Assembly: GCA_965237955.1 (NCBI GenBank)
Contig: OZ250169.1
Location: 2,336,001-2,400,000, forward strand
DNA: 64,000 nt
From: Candidatus Marinacidobacterales bacterium
Lineage (GTDB): Bacteria; Acidobacteriota; Vicinamibacteria; Marinacidobacterales; SMYC01
Direction: 5' to 3'
The notes beneath the pieces were generated by a model that worked only from the letters and a program-made list of their open reading frames with translations, was not told the DNA's origin and did no database searches. The position numbers were made by a program, and so were the translations under genes. Below, one piece after another: positions 60,555 to 64,000 of the stretch. Within the stretch, counting starts at the first letter, position 1, and the number at the start of each line of letters is the position of its first letter.

Positions 60555-60696
60555 TGCCCCAATCGTCGAGGGCAAGCTGGACGTGACGAAGATCGAGGCC
60601 ATCGACTTGGATAATCTGGCGCGGAAGTTTCGGACACAACGGATTATCTTTAAAACCGCGCGGGAACGTTTACGACCAAATGCAGGAGAGCTGGCG
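60555..60696 (+). pseudogene. internal scrap of a type III-like restriction helicase
   Basis: APIVEGKLDVTKIEAIDLDNLARKFRTQRIIFKTAR / VYDQMQESWR; family recalled from memory. Confidence 0.45.
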
Positions 60697-60723
60697 TCGG
60701 CAGGCAGAAAGTAGCCGCCCGCG

Positions 60724-61071
60724 TCATTCCGGAAGGCCGCGTCGTACTCGGTAGCGGCTGACACTGGGGCGCGTTCGCGAGTCCGCGCGGGCTCGGTCCA
60801 GCACCTGGCCCCAGTCCTGCTTCCGCTGCGGTCGATCGTCCACCGTGTGGTCCTCCATCCCCTGGCGGTCCGACGCCGCATCCCATGCCGCTGCCCGGGC
60901 ACGCCAAGCCCCACGATTCGCCCAGCCCTTCCAAGTGTTCAGGCTAGGTGAAAGCTCCGCAGCAGCCGCAGCCGCCGCCCGCAACGTACGGTTCGGGCCC
61001 ATACTACGATAGACGATGAACGCCGCCCACGCCTTCGCACTCTCACCATCTTGTTGATCCCACATATCCAT
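60724..61071 (-). CDS. phage-like hypothetical protein (terminase small subunit-like N-terminus), possibly truncated
   Basis: WDQQDGESAKAWAAFIVYRSMGPNRTL..W..RAAAWD pattern. Confidence 0.5.
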   Translation of the reverse strand: MDMWDQQDGESAKAWAAFIVYRSMGPNRTLRAAAAAAAELSPSLNTWKGWANRGAWRARAAAWDAASDRQGMEDHTVDDRPQRKQDWGQVLDRARADSRTRPSVSRYRVRRGLPE

Positions 61072-61130
61072 GTGGCGAGTATAAGCCCACGCGTCGCGAG
61101 CGAGAAGTTAACTTCAGAGTGATTGGTACG

Positions 61131-61296
61131 CTAGTCCCCTGGAACAGAGGTTCGTGGCCTAAAGCTCGACGCCATTTTGTGGGCTGGCGAGGCGTGACGA
61201 CGAAGTCATATTGGAATATTTCGAGGAGGAACAACGAAGCCAGCGCGCAAAAAGGGCACGAGATTTAGGCTACGAACCTCTGTTCCAGGGGACTAG
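61131..61296. mobile_element. 166-bp MITE-3 with ~33-bp TIRs and CTAG ends
   Basis: CTAGTCCCCTGGAACAGAGGTTCGTGGCCTAAA / TTTAGGCTACGAACCTCTGTTCCAGGGGACTAG. Confidence 0.85.
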
Positions 61297-61470
61297 TGTC
61301 AGTTGGCCTGCCCGTGTCGGCGAACGCCATAAAGAAGGATGTCGGCGTGCACACGAAGATGTCCCTGAATGTCAGGCACCACGTGGTCAGCGCAGCCGGC
61401 ATCGCCGAAAGAACTGCGTCTCTCGAAATCAGGCTCAACCTCTAGCACGAGAACGGGTTACGCGGCGGCT

Positions 61471-61759
61471 ACCAACACTTAATTGCGGAAGCACCGGTTT
61501 TCGTCTCTAATCTCGATTTTCGAGTGCCACGTTCGCGCCAAAGGGGGGAGCGGGCCGCTGACAGGGCCGTGCAGCGTCGGAAAAGAAGCCATCCGGGAGG
61601 CGGCCCAGAATCGAGCTCGGGGCTACCGCGGCGTAGCTGGCCTAGCCCGTTCTGGTCCAGGTGCGGCCCTGGCCTTATTGATATCCATCTTTCCCCAGGA
61701 CCTGGGTCCAAATCTTCGCCCGGGAGCGTGACATCCCGTTTCTGGACGTTGTTTCCCTG
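61471..61759 (+). repeat. MITE-2 terminus (61471-61495) fused to MITE-1 internal fragment
   Basis: ACCAACACTTAATTGCGGAAGCACC followed by sequence matching ~33777-34037. Confidence 0.85.
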
Positions 61760-61990
61760 AGCACTTGAAGGAGGACAAGGTATTGATCGAAAGGTGGCGG
61801 CAAGAGTTCAATCGCTTCAGACCCCACAGCTCGTTAGGTTACCGACCGCCAGCGCCGGAAACGATTCGGTTGAAACCGGCTCCGCTCCGCCGGCTTCAAC
61901 CAGCCATTGTCAGCACCGAATGACTGAGATACAACGTGGTGCTAACCGTGGGGTCAGGTCACCTTTCACGGACAGGAGGACAACTCCTGA

Positions 61991-62512
61991 GTGAAACCCA
62001 GAGAATCCCTGAAAGAGAACACTTCCGGCGTGTTAAGACTCTTCGTCTACGGCACGCTCAAGCGCGGGTACTGGAACCACGACCCCTTCTGCCGAGGCGT
62101 GCTGGCGATCCAGGAGGCCCAAGTTCGGGGCCGCCTCTTCGAAGGGCCCGGCTTCCCCGTTCTTGAGGTGCCCGACGAGGACATCCTCGCTCACGGAACT
62201 GGAGACCCCCTAGCCGACATGGGCACACAGGCGCGCCTGTCCGGGCAGTGGCGTCCCCGACCGGTCTCCGAAAGCACCACAGTGGGCGCATGGGGCACCG
62301 TGTACGGGGAGCTGCTCACCTTCGACGACCCACAATCCCGCCTGTCTGCCATCGACCACCTGGAGGGCTTCCGTCCAGGCGGTTCCAGCTTGTACCGCCG
62401 TGTGCTGGTGCCCGCCACGGTCCACGGAATCCGGGAACTCGCCTGGGTCTATACGGTCGAGGCGACCCGCATCAAACGGCGCCGGATCGTATCCGGCTGC
62501 TGGCCGAAGTAA
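61991..62512 (+). CDS. gamma-glutamylcyclotransferase (AIG2-like) family protein
   Basis: LFVYGTLKRG, VYGEL, DHLEG, LYRR, AWVY; AGGAGG RBS. Confidence 0.88.
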   Translation: MKPRESLKENTSGVLRLFVYGTLKRGYWNHDPFCRGVLAIQEAQVRGRLFEGPGFPVLEVPDEDILAHGTGDPLADMGTQARLSGQWRPRPVSESTTVGAWGTVYGELLTFDDPQSRLSAIDHLEGFRPGGSSLYRRVLVPATVHGIRELAWVYTVEATRIKRRRIVSGCWPK

Positions 62513-62537
62513 CACACTCACTTGCCGACGGCATTCC

Positions 62538-62608
62538 CGTCCTGTGCCAAAACTCGCCCCTCTTGAAATAGACCACAAATCAGCAGCTTAGACGCCCTTG
62601 GAATCCGC
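62538..62608 (+). repeat. MITE-1 left-end fragment
   Basis: CGTCCTGTGCCAAAACTCG...CAGCAGCTTAGACGCCCTTGGAATCCGC. Confidence 0.9.
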
Positions 62609-62708
62609 CGACCCTTGGGCTGCGGGGCGAGCTACGGGCAGTGAACTTCGCACCCGGAAGTCCTTTATTAGACTGGACTTTATCGAGCACAAGAGCGAAC
62701 GTTCGGTG

Positions 62709-63146
62709 ATGCCGCAGGATACAGGGGTTGGCCGGAACGTCGTTTTGGACGGTTTGGACTTCGCCAGCTTACGGCGGGTCTGGGAGCAGGCCTTCGGGGC
62801 TGCTCCCCCACGCTCGCTCTCTCGCGTTTTCATGCGCCGCGTTCTCTTGCACAAACGCCAGTGCCGGACCCATGGCGGGCATTCGGCCACAACCCGGCGC
62901 GCTCTGGCTGCCATGGCGAACGGGACGCCAGGCAACGGCGCCGCCGCTCCCGCAGGATCCGTTTCCCCCGGTACCCATCTCGTCCGCGAGTGGAATGGCC
63001 GGACCTACCAGGTCGAGGTAATCGACAACGGCTATCGGTTCGATGGCAAAACCTATCCGTCCCTCACTACCATCGCAAAGCGAATCACCGGCACCCACTG
63101 GTCAGGACCACGCTTTTTCGGTCTGACGCCCAAGCGCAAGGCCTAA
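62709..63146 (+). CDS. DUF2924 domain protein
   Basis: PGTHLVREWNG, YPSLTTIAKRITGTHWSGPRFFGL. Confidence 0.88.
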   Translation: MPQDTGVGRNVVLDGLDFASLRRVWEQAFGAAPPRSLSRVFMRRVLLHKRQCRTHGGHSATTRRALAAMANGTPGNGAAAPAGSVSPGTHLVREWNGRTYQVEVIDNGYRFDGKTYPSLTTIAKRITGTHWSGPRFFGLTPKRKA

Positions 63147-63147
63147 C

Positions 63148-64000
63148 ATGAAGAAGATCCGCTGTGCCATCTATACGCGAAAGAGTGCGGAAGAGGGTCT
63201 CGAGCAGGAGTTCAACTCCCTCGATGCGCAGCGAGAAGCCTGCGCCGCGTATGTCGCGAGCCACAAGGCGGAGGGCTGGGTGCTGCTGCCGACTGTCTAC
63301 GAGGACGCGGGGCTCTCGGGAGGAACCCTGGAGCGCCCGGGCCTGCAGCGCTTGCTCGCCGACATCGACGCAGGTCTCGTCGACCAGATTGTGGTCTACA
63401 AGGTCGACCGGCTGACCCGTTCCCTCTCCGACTTTGCAAAGCTCGTCGAGCGGCTCGAGGCGGCCGGCGCGGTTTTCGTCTCGGTGACTCAGTCCTTCAA
63501 CACCGCGACCAGCATGGGACGACTGACGCTGCATATGCTGCTGTCCTTCGCACAATTCGAACGCGAGGTCACGGCCGAGCGAATCCGCGATAAGGTCGCT
63601 GCCTCCAAGCGCAAGGGACTATGGATGGGCGGCCGCGTACCGCTCGGCTATGAGAAGGACGAGCGCACGCTGCGCATCAACGAGGCTGAGGCCGAAACGG
63701 TCCGGACGCTCTATGCGCTGTACCGGAAGCACGGAACGCTCCGGCAGGTGAAGGCCGAGGCGGACCGTCTGAGACTGCGCACCAAGCGACGCTTCGCCGC
63801 GGATGGAACCCGGACAGGCGGGTTGCCGTTCCGTCGCGGGCACCTCCACTGCTTGCTGACCAATCCTCTCTACGCCGGCCGCATCCGGCACCAGAGGCGT
63901 GTCTACGAGGGCCAGCATCCATCGATCATTGCTCCGGAACTCTGGGACACGGTCCAGGCGCAGCTGCAGGCAGGGGCTGCCAAACCAAGGAGACGCACGA
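63148..64000 (+). CDS. large serine recombinase (partial, runs off window)
   Basis: MKKIRCAIYTRKSAEEGLEQEFNSLDAQREAC, YKVDRLTRS, LLSFAQFERE, WMGG.VPLGY. Confidence 0.92.
   Translation, partial: MKKIRCAIYTRKSAEEGLEQEFNSLDAQREACAAYVASHKAEGWVLLPTVYEDAGLSGGTLERPGLQRLLADIDAGLVDQIVVYKVDRLTRSLSDFAKLVERLEAAGAVFVSVTQSFNTATSMGRLTLHMLLSFAQFEREVTAERIRDKVAASKRKGLWMGGRVPLGYEKDERTLRINEAEAETVRTLYALYRKHGTLRQVKAEADRLRLRTKRRFAADGTRTGGLPFRRGHLHCLLTNPLYAGRIRHQRRVYEGQHPSIIAPELWDTVQAQLQAGAAKPRRRT

Noticed and set aside
60628-60641. TTTCGGACACAACG resembling an element end
   Set aside because: Lies within a continuous coding scrap (KFRTQR); likely chance, so not counted
41561-62608. Repeated terminus read as a CRISPR array or integron attC array
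   Set aside because: Irregular spacing, both orientations, no cas or intI gene, no GTTRRRY palindromic structure; the ends truncate genes

Overview
High-GC bacterial chromosome segment spanning the replication origin. An Acidobacteria-like host is inferred from gene order and protein style only. Bases 1-30.1 kb are core genome: rsmI, TPR protein, yvcK/glmR, glmU (N-terminal domain eroded), glmS, uvrD/pcrA, two lipoproteins, gyrA, gyrB, dnaN, oriC, dnaA, rpmH-rnpA-yidD-yidC-jag-rsmG, parS, parA-parB, bactofilin and atpF'FHAGDC. From about 30.2 kb to the end is an accessory mosaic. It holds a decayed ISAzo13, an orphan Dam-type methylase, a type I R-M system with two HsdM (NPPY + NPPF), an ISL3, and a type III-like mod/res pair with an amber stop in res. 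It also holds pyk, a truncated VPS10/BNR protein, a sirtuin, an OMP + M4 peptidase pair, GGCT, and DUF2924 plus a serine recombinase. There are two main observations. (1) Fourteen copies of one mobile-element terminus (5'-CGTC[C/G]TGT[G/C]C...AAAA) lie in 21 kb. They are linked to an rve/DDE integrase gene and to a reconstructable ~570-bp non-coding element. They cut genes without target duplications, abut a GGRW-like flank and join unrelated cargo. (2) GlmU has lost its uridylyltransferase motifs but keeps its acetyltransferase domain, and sits directly behind yvcK/glmR, suggesting GlmR has taken over that step. All calls come from reading the sequence; no database searches were run.
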